From the NCBI RefSeq assembly GCF_001194135.2, contig NC_068981.1, forward strand, positions 88,168,889 to 88,214,733: a stretch of DNA of 45,845 nucleotides, read 5' to 3'. The position numbers and the translations under genes are program-made. Source of the stretch: Octopus bimaculoides. Its lineage: Eukaryota. The notes under the pieces are model-generated. The model had not been told where the DNA came from. It ran no database searches and saw nothing but the letters and a program-made list of their open reading frames with translations. Of this stretch, positions 1 to 11,952 are shown in pieces; position 1 is the first letter of the stretch; each line of letters starts with the position of its first letter.

Positions 1-242
1 GCGGGTGGCACATAAAAGACACCATTTCGAGCGTAGCCGTTTTCGTGCGGGTGACACGTAAAAGCACCCACTACACTCTCTGAGTGGTTGGCGTTAGGAA
101 GGGCATCCAGCTGTAGAAACTCTGCCAAATTAGACTGGAGCCTGGTGTTGCCATCCGGTTTCACCAGTCCTCAGTCAAATCGTCCAACCCATGCTAGCAT
201 GGAAAGCGGACGTTAAACGATGATGATGATGATGATGATGAT
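1..242 (+). mobile_element. RTE-clade LINE 3' UTR (young copy) ending in a (GAT)n tail; 5' part runs off the window
   Basis: Contains GAGTGGTTGGCGTTAGGAAGGGCATCCAGCTGTAGAAAC...GGACGTTAAACGATGATG. The same sequence is joined to an RTE ORF2 C-terminus at 28563-29358. Four substitutions versus 35986-36200 over about 210 bp by eye. Confidence 0.85.
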
Positions 243-445
243 TTCTCTTTCTTTGTTTCAAAATTGTAGACATTTTCCTTTTTTATCCTTTGAACAGTAT
301 TTTAAAATCTATTTATTTATTTAGCCAGTGTTAGCTATGTATTCTTAAAGAAAAAAAAACCCTTAAAAATCTGTTGTTAGTTGAAGCTGTTCATATATAT
401 ATATATTTATGTGTGTGTGTGTTTGTGTGCATATATATGTATATA

Positions 446-646
446 GTCTTCTACTTGTTTCAGTCATTTGACTGTAGCCATGCTGGAGCACTACCTTTAG
501 TTGAACAAATCAACCCCAATACTTATTCTTTGTAAGCCTAGTACTTATTCTATTGGTTTGTTTTGCTGAACTGATAAGTTATGGGGATGTAAACACACCA
601 ACATTGGTTGTCAAGTGATGGTGGGGTGACAAGCACAAACACACAA

Positions 647-692
<46 letters not shown>

Positions 693-890
693 GCATGTAT
701 ATATTTCACTCATCCATTTCCAAGTATATATATATATATATATTTATATTTACGATGGGCTTCTTTCAGTTTTCATCTACCATATCCACTCAGAAGGCTT
801 TGGTTGGCCCGAGGCTATAGTAGAAGAGACTTGCTCAAGGTGCCACGCAGTGGGAATGAAACCAGAACCATGTGGTTGGGAAGCAAGCTT
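446..890 (-). mobile_element. tRNA-derived SINE with CORE-like middle and internal (CA)/(TA) microsatellite
   Basis: Reverse complement reads AAGCTTGCTTCCCAACCACATGGTTC...GGCACCTTGAGCAAGTCTCTTCTACTATAGCCTCGGGCC, then the microsatellite, then a tail ending GACTGAAACAAGTAGAAGA. The same layout recurs across the window. Confidence 0.8.
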
Positions 891-1930
891 ATATATNNNN
901 NNNNNNNNNNNNNNNNNNNNNNNNNNNNNNNNNNNNNNNNNNNNNNNNNNNNNNNNNNNNNNNNNNNNNNNNNNNNNNNNNNNNNNNNNNNNNNNNNNNN
1001 NNNNNNNNNNNNNNNNNNNNNNNNNNNNNNNNNNNNNNNNNNNNNNNNNNNNNNNNNNNNNNNNNNNNNNNNNNNNNNNNNNNNNNNNNNNNNNNNNNNN
1101 NNNNNNNNNNNNNNNNNNNNNNNNNNNNNNNNNNNNNNNNNNNNNNNNNNNNNNNNNNNNNNNNNNNNNNNNNNNNNNNNNNNNNNNNNNNNNNNNNNNN
1201 NNNNNNNNNNNNNNNNNNNNNNNNNNNNNNNNNNNNNNNNNNNNNNNNNNNNNNNNNNNNNNNNNNNNNNNNNNNNNNNNNNNNNNNNNNNNNNNNNNNN
1301 NNNNNNNNNNNNNNNNNNNNNNNNNNNNNNNNNNNNNNNNNNNNNNNNNNNNNNNNNNNNNNNNNNNNNNNNNNNNNNNNNNNNNNNNNNNNNNNNNNNN
1401 NNNNNNNNNNNNNNNNNNNNNNNNNNNNNNNNNNNNNNNNNNNNNNNNNNNNNNNNNNNNNNNNNNNNNNNNNNNNNNNNNNNNNNNNNNNNNNNNNNNN
1501 NNNNNNNNNNNNNNNNNNNNNNNNNNNNNNNNNNNNNNNNNNNNNNNNNNNNNNNNNNNNNNNNNNNNNNNNNNNNNNNNNNNNNNNNNNNNNNNNNNNN
1601 NNNNNNNNNNNNNNNNNNNNNNNNNNNNNNNNNNNNNNNNNNNNNNNNNNNNNNNNNNNNNNNNNNNNNNNNNNNNNNNNNNNNNNNNNNNNNNNNNNNN
1701 NNNNNNNNNNNNNNNNNNNNNNNNNNNNNNNNNNNNNNNNNNNNNNNNNNNNNNNNNNNNNNNNNNNNNNNNNNNNNNNNNNNNNNNNNNNNNNNNNNNN
1801 NNNNNNNNNNNNNNNNNNNNNNNNNNNNNNNNNNNNNNNNNNNNNNNNNNNNNNNNNNNNNNNNNNNNNNNNNNNNNNNNNNNNNNNNNNNNNNAGAGAG
1901 AGAGAGAGAGAGAGAGACAGACGCACACAC

Positions 1931-2088
1931 GGAGTGGTTGGCGTTAGGAAGGGCATCCAGCTGTAGAAACTCTGCCAAATTAGATTGGAGCCTGGTGTTG
2001 CCATCCGGTTTCACCAGTCCTCAGTCAAATCGTCCAACCCATGCCAGCATGGAAAGCGGACGTTAAACGATGATGATGATGATGATGA
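1931..2088 (+). mobile_element. Heavily 5'-truncated young RTE LINE 3' end with (GAT)n tail
   Basis: Two differences from the matching part of 1-242 over about 150 bp. Confidence 0.85.
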
Positions 2089-2679
2089 TATGTGCATATA
2101 TGAAGAGATTCTTTTAGTTTCCATCTACCACATCCACTCACAAGGCTTTGGGTGGCCTGGAACTATAGTAGAAGACCAAGGTGTCATGCTGTGTGACTGG
2201 GAAGCAAACCTTAGCTACACACCTATGCTGTGCCTTTTGTTTATCATATTTCTAAAAAAAAAAAAATTACATTTTCTATATATGTCACTTAGTTTTGAAA
2301 ATAATTAGGAATTTGAAAGGATATGAAAGAATAACTGACATTTTCATTTTAAGATGCAGTTTGAAACTTAACTTAATAAAAAATTTTGATGGAATGTTGT
2401 GATTCTGTAATTTTAAAATTAGAGATTTTAAAATTAGATATAAAACCAGAGAAGACTGGTGTCAGGCAGGGGGGTATCAAAGAGCTAAACTTAGAATGTA
2501 ACTATGAAGAAAAGAAAGAAAAAGAATTGCAATAAGTTAATTTCCTGGTGAAATGGGGTATATGAAATGAATTGCCACTCAAAGCATATCCATTCTGTGG
2601 TAAAAGAAGATTCTGTATCCATACACTATATATCTTTTATCTGTTTCAGTCATTAGCCTAAAGCCATGCTGGGCCTCTG

Positions 2680-3200
2680 ACAACACTGGCTTCTGTTTTT
2701 TATGATATTCTCTACATCCACCCATGCAATATTGGCCTTTCTCATGTTGGTTATGAATGTTCTGTGCCATTTAGCTTTCAGTCTTGTTCTCTGGTTTTTT
2801 CTCCTCACTCTGCTGGTGTCCATGTGAAAACTGTTTTAGAGTGGTATAGTACTGGTAGCCAGAGTATGTGACCTGCTAATTTTTATCCTCATCCTGTGAT
2901 GATTTCGCTAAGTAGTCTTGTGTTGGCTCTTTTTAGATTGGTAACTTCACACAAGAAAAGTTGAACTGATATAATTCATTGAATCAATTTATTCTTTGTA
3001 TAACAGAATTAACATCAACTAAAATAAGAATACATTAGTTACATGGTCTTGTCAGTACCTTCTCAAAATCCTTCCTAAGCATCTTTGGTGGAACACATTT
3101 AGCCGTCTCTTGACTTTTGCAGTGCTCTTCCATGTCTCATTAGCATAGAGAACTGTAGAATTATTCTTTTACAGAGCCAGATCTTTGTGTGTTACACTAT
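2680..3200 (-). mobile_element. Degenerate RTE-clade LINE, C-terminal part of the RT ORF
   Basis: Minus-strand translation gives STVLYANETWKSTAKVKRRLNVFHQRCLGRILRRY*QDHVTN and KLAGHILWLP...VFTWTP. These match the RTE motifs LYxxETW, FxxRCLRRIL and LAGHILR, with stops. Confidence 0.8.
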
Positions 3201-3299
3201 GTTTTGGACATCAGAGACTGACTAAAGTTAGCATTTTCTTTATTTCTTATCATAAAAATGGTAGAAGCTTAATCAATGCCCTAATTTTTATCCTTTTAT

Positions 3300-3700
3300 A
3301 TTTTACTTGTTTCAGTCATTAGACTGTGGCCATACTGGAGCACCGCCTTCAAGAATGTTTTAGTTGAGTGAATCAACCCAGTATTTATTTTTGTTGAGCC
3401 TGGTACTTATTCAGTTGGTTTCTTTTGCCAAACTGCTAAGTTATGGGGACATAATCACATCAACACTGGTTGTCAAGTAGCAGTGGGGATCAAACGTGGA
3501 CATAAAGATGCACATACATAGATGTATAAATTTACATATATACAGCAGGCTTCTTTCAGTTTCTGTTTGCCAAATCCACTGACAAGGCTTTGGTCGACTT
3601 GAGGTTGTAGTGGAAGACACTTGCCTAAGGTACCACACAGTGGGACTGAACCTGGAACCATGTGGTTGGGAAGCGAACTTCTTACCACACAGCTGCACCT
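3300..3700 (-). mobile_element. tRNA/CORE-like SINE, same family as 446-890
   Basis: Shared head (GGTTGGGAAGC, GGCAAGTGTCTTC) and tail (TTGTTTCAGTCATT). Confidence 0.8.
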
Positions 3701-4169
3701 GCATCTATATAATATTTTTTTTGTAACAAACTTTTTAATGTTAGTCTTAAAATGTTAAAATACCTTTTTGCTGGTGTTGCTGTTAGCTCTTATTCTTTGC
3801 CATTCTTTTTGCTTTCTGTCTTTGTAGTTCTTCTTTTTATAGTGTGTACCATAGCACAGTTGGCTAGCAAATGAATTCTATGACATATGTTCAATTTTTA
3901 GTTAAATCCAATTCGTTTATTCCATTAATTTCCTTTTGAAATGTATGCATATCACAACTCATATTTCCTCATCATTTGAAGTCAAAAGGGTTGATCACCC
4001 AAAGCAGGATAATTCTGATTGCTTACGGGAGCATGCAGTGTATTCGTTACTTTGTTTGTTAGTTTGAGGTTTGTATTTCTATGCTTGAATGGGTTGAAGA
4101 AATACATATTGTTGAAGCAGGGTTATACAGCTGGATGGCATTACTGTCACTAAGCCATACCTGTTTTTT

Positions 4170-4625
4170 CAAGTAAGCTTCTCAGAATCATGCGGTATTA
4201 GGTTCAGTTCCGTTGAGTAGCACCTTGGGCAAGTGTCTTTCACTATAGCTCAGGGCCAACAAAAGCGTTGTGAGTGGATTTGGTCAACAGAAACTTAATA
4301 CATACATACATATACATACATACATACGTATGTACGTACATACGTATGTACATACATACATACATACATACATACACACATACATACATATATACATACA
4401 TATATACATATGAATGTGCATGTGTATGTGTTTGTGTGTACCTTTGTCTAGACATCATGTGATGGTTGGAAATGAGCATCATTGTCATATAAATGAGGTT
4501 GTTTGTTTCCAGCCTTCTGTGAGGGTTAGCAACAGGAAGGGCATCTGGCCATAGGAAATCTACCTGAGTAAATTCCGTCTGACCCATGCAAGCTTAGAAA
4601 CTGTACACTAAATGATGATGATGAA
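4170..4625 (+). mobile_element. tRNA/CORE-like SINE head, (TACA)n microsatellite, and an RTE-like tail ending in (GAT)n
   Basis: GGTTCAGTTCC...GCACCTTGGGCAAGTGTC head; (TACA)n at about 4297-4410; CAGGAAGGGCATCTGGCC...AAATGATGATGATG tail. Confidence 0.65.
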
Positions 4626-4695
4626 TTCCGCATACCTATTTATACCAATGTGTTTGTGGCATGGTTATCACATCTAGCATCAGTTAGACACTCAC

Positions 4696-4809
4696 TTTTC
4701 TGGATGTCATGATGGAAACCAAATGTAAATTGCTGGAAGGCCACATAATTGTTGGTAAGTTAATCTTGTATGAAGTAGTTTTATCTACAGTGGAGATGTC
4801 ACATCTAGG
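4696..4809 (-). other. Candidate internal exon (114 nt), unverified
   Basis: Acceptor ttgtcttttggcag and donor AAA|gtgagt. Phase-0 frame is open (PRCDISTVDKTTSYKINLPTIMWPSSNLHLVSIMTSRK). I recognise no homology. Confidence 0.2.
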
Positions 4810-5024
4810 CTGCCAAAAGACAATTTTATTACAACAAATCAGGTTTTGCAAGTAAACTGTATTTGGAACACCTTCTTTGCCCTTAACTTACCATACAATC
4901 AACTTAGGATTGGAGTATATGTGTAAAGAGGGGAGCTTGATGGAAAGTTGTTGTTTAACCCCAGGTCAACTGTGGTCAAAAGCAAGCTTATTGTGAAAGT
5001 TATTCCAACGACAATTGTTTTTAT

Positions 5025-5455
<431 letters not shown>

Positions 5456-5928
5456 AGTGCCTATGAAAAAGTGGCCAGCAAGCTGCTTCAAAGATTTGAA
5501 CCCTGTACCTCTCAAATTGCTATTGAGTGCTCTGTACCATTAAGATATCTTTTTTAGGTGTATCTAGGACAATCATGGTCAATCTGTGGCCTTTGGGACT
5601 TTCAGAATGGCATGCCTAATGAAAAATTACCATGAGTTTATTTTCAGTTGTGTGGCTCACTTGATGATGGGCCATCTCATGTGACCTGCTTCTTGAGAAA
5701 GGCTGCTCATGCTTGGTCAAGAATTTCATCATTTCACGTTGCTTTACTTTATTTCAGGACAATAAGGATGCGATTTAAGGGTGGTTTGGTTGCTATTTTT
5801 ACTAGGTTAAGTTACCACCTAGAAGCTCCCTTGTTTGCTCTCACTAGTGAATGTCTGGAAGAAGACAAAGAAGTAAACAAAGGCGTAGAAGTAAAAATAA
5901 TGATAATAATAATAATAATAATAAATAA

Positions 5929-6530
5929 AAGGAATATATTCACAGACACGACAGAGCTGGGACCTATATACACTGGAAGCTATGCCAACACTATGGAATA
6001 ACAACAGAAAAAAGATGGTATAAACACACGCCAGAAAAGGTCACAGAAAACGAGAAAGCAACCATACTCTGGGATATGCCAATACACACAGATAGAGAAA
6101 TTAAGGCAAATAGACCAGATATAGTTGTCAAAGATCATGAAGAAAAAAAATGCTTTCTAATTGATGTATCAATACCAGCAGATGACAACGTGTCTCTAAA
6201 AGAAATGGAAAAACTTTCAAAATACAAAGACCTGGAAATAGAGATAACTCGAATGTGGAATCTAAAAACAGAAACAATTCCTATCATAGTAGGTGCCTTA
6301 GGTATAATAAAAAAATATTCAGACAAATACATAACAAAAATACCAGGACTTACAAATATATATAACATACAGAAAATTGCACTACTGGGTACTGCACACA
6401 TTCTACGCAAAACACTTTCAATACAGTAAACATAAGAACACCACAACAAACCACAGCACATACCCAAGGCGCACAGAGCTGCGCTCAGTAGTGAAGTGAA
6501 AGCACGTTATAAAAATAAAACTACTGAACA
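5929..6530 (+). mobile_element. 5'-truncated R4/Dong-clade non-LTR retrotransposon, copy A: RLE endonuclease C-terminus, 3' UTR and (TAA)n tail
   Basis: Stop-free frame 5929-6429: KEYIHRHD...WYKHTPEKVTENEKATILWDMPIHTDREIKANRPDIVVKD...IDVSIP...EKLSKYKDLEIEITRMW...IVGALG...QKIALLGTAHILRK*. It has the RHD motif and the RPD...D..K PD-(D/E)xK core, and (TAA)n on both sides. Confidence 0.9.
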
Positions 6531-6547
6531 ATAATAATAATAATAAT

Positions 6548-6955
6548 ATAGTGTTAATTGAGAAAGAAAGCAAACAATGTTGAACCATAGATATAGCATA
6601 CCCAGCTGACAACAAGGTATGCGATAAGGAAGAAAGAAAAGTCGATAGATATGAGAGGTTAGCTTGGGAGGTTAAGCAGTTGTGGTTGATGAAAAAGGTA
6701 GTAGTAGTACCAATAATTGTCGGAGTCCTGGGAACAGTGAGTAAAAATCTTGAGAAGTACATGGAACAAATAGAGGGCTGTGTTAAGGGTGGAGCACTTG
6801 CAGAAAACAGCACTGCTTGGAACCACTCGAATACTCCGGATGGTGCTTGAAAAATAAGAGGTGTTACCTTAGTTCACTGGTATTGAACAGCTGGCACCAT
6901 AGTACGTCTCCTGCGATAGAAGCTGTGCAAAGACAGTAAATGATAATAATAATAA
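6548..6955 (+). mobile_element. 5'-truncated R4/Dong-clade element, copy B (divergent subfamily, decayed)
   Basis: IVLIEKESKQC*TIDIAYPADNKVCDKEERKVDRYERLAWEVKQLW...VPIIVGVLG, a frameshift, then LQKTALLGTTRILRMVLEK*. Own 3' UTR and TAA tail. Confidence 0.85.
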
Positions 6956-6956
6956 T

Positions 6957-7150
6957 GGTTTCAAATTTTGGCACAAGGCCAGCAATTTCTGGGAGGGAGT
7001 AAGTTGATCACATCAATCACAGTGCTGAACTGGTTCTTATTTTATTGACCCTGAAAGAATGAAAGGCAAAGCTGGCCTCTGTGGAATTTGAGCTCAGAAT
7101 ATAAAGACAGACAAAATGCCACTAAATATTTTGCCTGGCATGCTAATCAT
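6957..7150 (-). mobile_element. Deu/Nin-domain-type tRNA SINE
   Basis: Reverse complement contains GCCTTTCATTCTTTCAGGGTCAATAAAATAAGAACCAG and ends GGCCTTGTGCCAAAATTTGAAACC followed by (ATT)n. Confidence 0.75.
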
Positions 7151-7186
7151 AATAATAACAACAACAACAACAACAACAATAATGAT

Positions 7187-7395
7187 GATTTCAAATTTTG
7201 GCACAAGGCCAGCAATTTTGGTGGAGGAAATAAGCCGATTACATTGAACCCAGTACTCAACTGGTACTTATTGTTTTGACTTCGAAAGGATGATATGCAA
7301 AGTCAACGGTAGAATTTGAACTCAGAATGTAAAGATGGATGAAATAACACTAAGCATTTTACCCAGCATGATAACAATTCTACCATCTTGATGCC
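7187..7395 (-). mobile_element. Deu/Nin-domain-type tRNA SINE
   Basis: Same domain and tail as 6957-7150; tail microsatellite (AAT/AAC)n at 7150-7187. Confidence 0.7.
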
Positions 7396-7401
7396 TAAAT
7401 G

Positions 7402-8033
7402 GTATGCCCAGTCCTTGCTGAAAAGGAATACTCCATAAGACATGACAGACTACGGCAGTACATCCACTAGAATGCTTGTAAATACTACAAAATTAAGTCC
7501 CATGATAAGTGGTACAGGCACCATCCAGAGGGTGTAGTAAATGGCGAGGGTGTCACCATTCTTTGGAACTTCCTAATACAAACAGACAGAAAAGTTAACA
7601 TCAATCAACCAGACATTGTGATCAAGGACTATAACAGAGGAACTTGTCTGTTGTTAATAGATGTGTCAAAATGTCTCAAGAAAGGAATACGAAAAGCTTT
7701 CTCACTATAAAGATCTGGAAATTGAAATCACAAAAATGTAGAAACTTAGTATTACGATAATACCAGTAGTAATTGGTGCGTTGGGAATGATAAAGAAGGG
7801 AGCTGAGAAGTATATTAAGCAACTCCTTGGTAACTCCAATCTCTCTGAACTACAAAAGATAACTTTGATGGGTACAGTCCATATACTACCATCTAAAATG
7901 GAATGAATGTGCTGATAATTTTAGCATGCATAGCAAAACAAAAGTGCCCTTGCTACTCTTGGCCTCTGGAGGATGCCCAGTACTAAGGTAGCTGAAGTAA
8001 AGTTACAATGAAAGGAAACCATAAATGATAATA

Positions 8034-8085
<52 letters not shown>
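7402..8085 (+). mobile_element. 5'-truncated R4/Dong-clade element, copy C (third divergent subfamily, decayed)
   Basis: VCPVLAEKEYSIRHDRLRQYIH*...WYRHHPEGVV...ILWNFLIQTDRKVNINQPDIVIKD...IDVS / YKDLEIEITKM*...VVIGALG...LQKITLMGTVHIL. (TAA)n tail at about 8025-8085. Confidence 0.85.
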
Positions 8086-8086
<1 letters not shown>

Positions 8087-8298
8087 CCTTTCTACTATAG
8101 GCACATGACCTGAAATTTTGGGGGATGGGGAAAGTCGAACATATCGACCCCAGTACTTGACTGGTACTTAATTTATCAACCCCGAAAGAATGAAAGGCAA
8201 AGTCAACCTTTGTGGAATTTGAACTCAGAAAGTGAAGATGGATGAAATGCCGCTGAGCATTTCGCCCAGTGTGATAACAATTCTGGCAGCTTTATGCC
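8086..8298 (-). mobile_element. Deu/Nin-domain-type tRNA SINE
   Basis: Reverse complement has GCCTTTCATTCTTTCGGGGTTGATAAATTAAGTACCAG and ends GCCTATAGTAGAAAGG followed by (ATT)n. Confidence 0.75.
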
Positions 8299-8299
8299 T

Positions 8300-8317
8300 T
8301 AATAATAATAATAATAA

Positions 8318-8350
<33 letters not shown>

Positions 8351-8372
8351 GAAGAAGAAGAAGAAGAAAAAG
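8300..8372. repeat. (TAA)n-(GAA)n compound microsatellite
   Basis: Directly visible in the sequence. Confidence 0.95.
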
Positions 8373-9088
8373 AAGGTATATAAGCAGAAGAATAAGCAGA
8401 AGCTAAAAGTTAACTTAAGTGCTATATGATCTATTATAGTGATGCTGAGATTAGCTATATGTTTAGACAAGAAGAGTTTGTGTGTTGTATTCTTAAAGTT
8501 GATTGTGGTGTTTAAGATAAATATCCCATTTATCATTTCTGTTCTTGATCAAGTCAATAATTGTTGTTGCTGTCAGTGTCATCATCATCATTCCTTTAAG
8601 TTTCCACCACCATTGTCACCTTGCCAGCTGATTTTTGCCCTTGCTGTTTGGTAGTGCCAACCTTACTTATTGTCTTTTCAGTCCATTACTCATTCTCACC
8701 TGCTAACAAAATGATGCCCAGAAGGCTCCTTATTATGGATGTTTCTAACTGGTTCTTGTGTATGACCAGTGGCACCACCACCACTACCACCACTACTACC
8801 ACAGCCAACAACAACAGCAACACTGTCACAATATTGCTAGTTTTGTTGTCTTGTCTTTATCAACACTATTGTTTTATTTATATAAAATTTAATTATTTTG
8901 TATTTTTTTTTTGTCTAAGAACTAATCTAGAATTGAAATGTCTGTCAGATGGTTGATCTGTCTAATCATATATACATATATTTTGTGTATGTGTGTATAT
9001 ATGCATACGCACGCGCGCACACGCACACACACACACACATACACTCACACACACACAGAGGTATCTCCTATAACTATGGAAGCCTTAC

Positions 9089-9233
9089 ATTCCTGACAAT
9101 CTTGCAGTAATGTAGAACTCTGTAACATGAAACCTATTTTCCATTTGCTTCCTTGTTACATGGGAGTCATTGAGAAATACATTTACCATTATGGAATTCC
9201 ATGTTGTGGTAAGATTTATCGGAGCCAACTCTT
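9089..9233 (-). other. Candidate coding exon (145 nt, phase 1 to 2), unverified
   Basis: TACTAAC branch consensus just upstream of the acceptor (tactaacatctcccacactacag) and donor AAT|gtaagg. Open frame ELAPINLTTTWNSIMVNVFLNDSHVTRKQMENRFHVTEFYITARLSG. I recognise no protein family. Confidence 0.3.
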
Positions 9234-9252
9234 CTGTAGTGTGGGAGATGTT

Positions 9253-9298
<46 letters not shown>

Positions 9299-10512
9299 TA
9301 TACACACACATACACACACACATACATACACACATGCATGGTTGACATGTGAAGTAGTGTTGTGAAATAAACAAACTTTTAGGTCAGTTTAAATATGTTT
9401 GGGACATATTTAACCTGTAAAAAAGGCCATTTTTATTGTGGTTTGCCATTGAGAGAAATTCATGCTTAAGACAAAGGGTGTATAACACCAAAGTCATTTT
9501 GGAGCACTCCTTATAGACTAATACATGCATTTCAGGGTCCTTATGTTCTCATCAATATTAGATACCAAGTGGGATAATTTTGAAATAACTGAAAGGCTTA
9601 GCTTCCTTATAAAAAATTTGTAGAAATTATCCATTGACTATGTACTGCTGTTGTTAGGCTGGAATAAAATACTTTGTTGGTGCATGAAGTAGTATTGTAA
9701 GAAACAAACTTCTAGATCAGTTTAAATATATTGGGACATATTTGACCTGTAAAAAGGTGATTTTTACTGCCTTTTTGTAATGGATAGGGTATCATGTAGG
9801 AACATATATGCTCAGTATATTCATACATTTTAAAAGAGAATCACATTAAATGCAAAATTGAAACCAAGGAAAGCAAACTCTATAGATATCAATAATATAT
9901 TTCAATATTCAACTTGTAACCAAGTGTGTCTTTCTTAGACTGGACTTCCTAGTCATTTAAGGGTTTGTGAACCAAAGCAAACTAAAAATAAATCTTCACT
10001 ATATGAAGAAACATGTCATGCAGTAAATAGCTTTCTATTATTGTTTTGAAAAGATACGTCTTTATATAATGCTAATTGTCATGATCCTGCATTGCATTTA
10101 ACTGAGAAGAGACATTTTATAATTGCAAATCATCAGCTGGGCTAAAAAGCCAATTTCACTTTATAGTTCATTAACAAGTAGTGAGCATACTTATTACTGA
10201 GCTGACTTTCATCACGTGTGTGTGTATGTGTATTTATATAATACTTAGGATGCTCTCTGCATAGCTGTAGACTACCATACTTAACATTTCAAGTTGAAAA
10301 TAATATTTAATTAGTTTAAATTATAACCATAGTAATAAAAAAAAACCCTCTTCTCATGTGTAGCAGGGGAAAGCATTCACAAAATTTCAATTGACCAAAA
10401 ACAGAATTAAATTTTGAAGAGTGGCAGGGAGAGTGAATCTGCAAGTCTGCTCTTTGCTTCAGAACCAACCACAAGCTCTTTTAGTCATTCTGTGGTCAGG
10501 TAGCTTTGTCTT

Positions 10513-10549
<37 letters not shown>

Positions 10550-10555
10550 ATATTG

Positions 10556-10874
10556 GAGGCACAATGGCCCAGTGGTTAGGGCAGCGGACTCGCAGTCATA
10601 GGATCACGGTTTCGATTCCCAGACCGGGCGTTGTGAGTGTTTACCCTGCTGTATTCTCTCACCACAACCTATTTCCTGTTTCTGTTGTGCCTGTAATTCA
10701 AAGGGTCAGCCTTGTCACACTCTATGTCATGCTGAATCTTCCCGAGAACTATGTTAAGGGTACACGTGTCTGTGGAGTGCTCAGCCACTTGCACGTTAAT
10801 TTCACGAGCAGGCTGTTCCGTTGATCGGATCAACTGGAATCCTCAACGTCGTAAGCGACGGAGTGCCAACAACA

Positions 10875-10875
<1 letters not shown>
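10556..10875 (+). mobile_element. Full-length tRNA-derived SINE with Pol III A and B boxes and a (CAA)n tail
   Basis: A box TGGCCCAGTGG, B box GGTTTCGATTCC; ends GGAGTGCCAACAACAAC. Confidence 0.8.
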
Positions 10876-10930
<55 letters not shown>

Positions 10931-11296
10931 CTAAATCTCTCTAGAGGAGACTACGGCAGTGGTACTGGATATTAATAGTTATCGCCAAGCTAACATGGCA
11001 GTCCAAGAAAATAGGATGAATGCTGACATTGATTGGCTCCAAGAGGCCATTGCCTCTAGCTAACTTTGTGACATATATTTATATATATATTCGCCATGAT
11101 AGATCGCTGACCACTACACATATATTTTTTTCTCCCCTTTTTCTTTTCTCTCTCCTTGTTTCTTTCTGTGTTCCTTTCTGTTGAAGAGCGTAGGCTCGAA
11201 AATTAAAGACTTTCTCTATTCCCAAGCGTTATACAAATACATCCATCTGTTGTTTACACCACCTGTCTTCGTCTGTTGTTTTTTTGAGAATTCTCC

Positions 11297-11362
<66 letters not shown>

Positions 11363-11441
11363 TGTGTGTGTATATATGTATGTATGTATATATATATACA
11401 TACTGTCCTTGTCTGTTGTTGTTTTTTTCGTAAATTCTCCC

Positions 11442-11478
<37 letters not shown>

Positions 11479-11504
11479 TATGCAGGAAGTAAATAGACAC
11501 CTTT

Positions 11505-11750
11505 AATTTTCAGAATCTTTTATTTGATATTAATTGGTTGAAGGAGAAGTTTTCTTCTAGCTGCTCGTCCATTATACCCAAGCTTATGCAGATATGTAAC
11601 ACATGTTCTTGGACTGACTTCTAGCTGTTTTGCAATGTCAGAAGTCTTCAAACGAGGTTCGTTTTCCACAATTCTCTTCAAATAGGGAAGCTTCCTTTCC
11701 GAGGGCCCAGGTTGGCTGGGACGAGAATCTGTTGATTCTTTTCCTTGGCT
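11505..11750 (-). mobile_element. Tc1-family transposase fragment (N-terminal HTH region)
   Basis: RPSQPGPSERKLPYLKRIVENEPRLKTSDIAKQLEVSPRTCVTYLHKLGYNGRAARRKLLLQPINIK matches the Tc1 pattern VSxxTV...LG..GR.ARRKPLL. Confidence 0.8.
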
Positions 11751-11952
11751 TTTGAATTGCACTGTAATTTCAATGTTGTGATTGTGTACTTTTAGAATGA
11801 CATTGGGGGGNNNNNNNNNNNNNNNNNNNNNNNNNNNNNNNNNNNNNNNGGGGGGGGGGGGTAGGTATGAGAGACCAGATCTGGTCAGTTTGAACACAAA
11901 ACAGGTTGAATATTTGGGCCTGATACGGTTGGTTTGAATACTAAAAGGTTAA
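11750..11952. mobile_element. Partial TTAA-flanked MITE, same family as 21802-22012
   Basis: Shares TTTTAGAATGAC...GGTAGGT...GTTTGAACA and ends AAAGG|TTAA. Confidence 0.6.

Noticed and set aside
4810-4950. Extra minus-strand exon ending at 4892 (ATG|gtaagt, 82-nt intron)
   Set aside because: Upstream frames contain stops and run into a repeat fragment at about 4955; no credible acceptor.
10556-10640. Possible tRNA genes here and at 30540-30626
   Set aside because: A/B boxes are present but they run into SINE bodies and I cannot build a full cloverleaf.
11171-11230. Hammerhead-like core TTGAAGA-G...C-GAAA in a Penelope-like repeat end
   Set aside because: C3 of CUGANGA is missing, helix III is only about 2 bp, and the helix I arms are not complementary.
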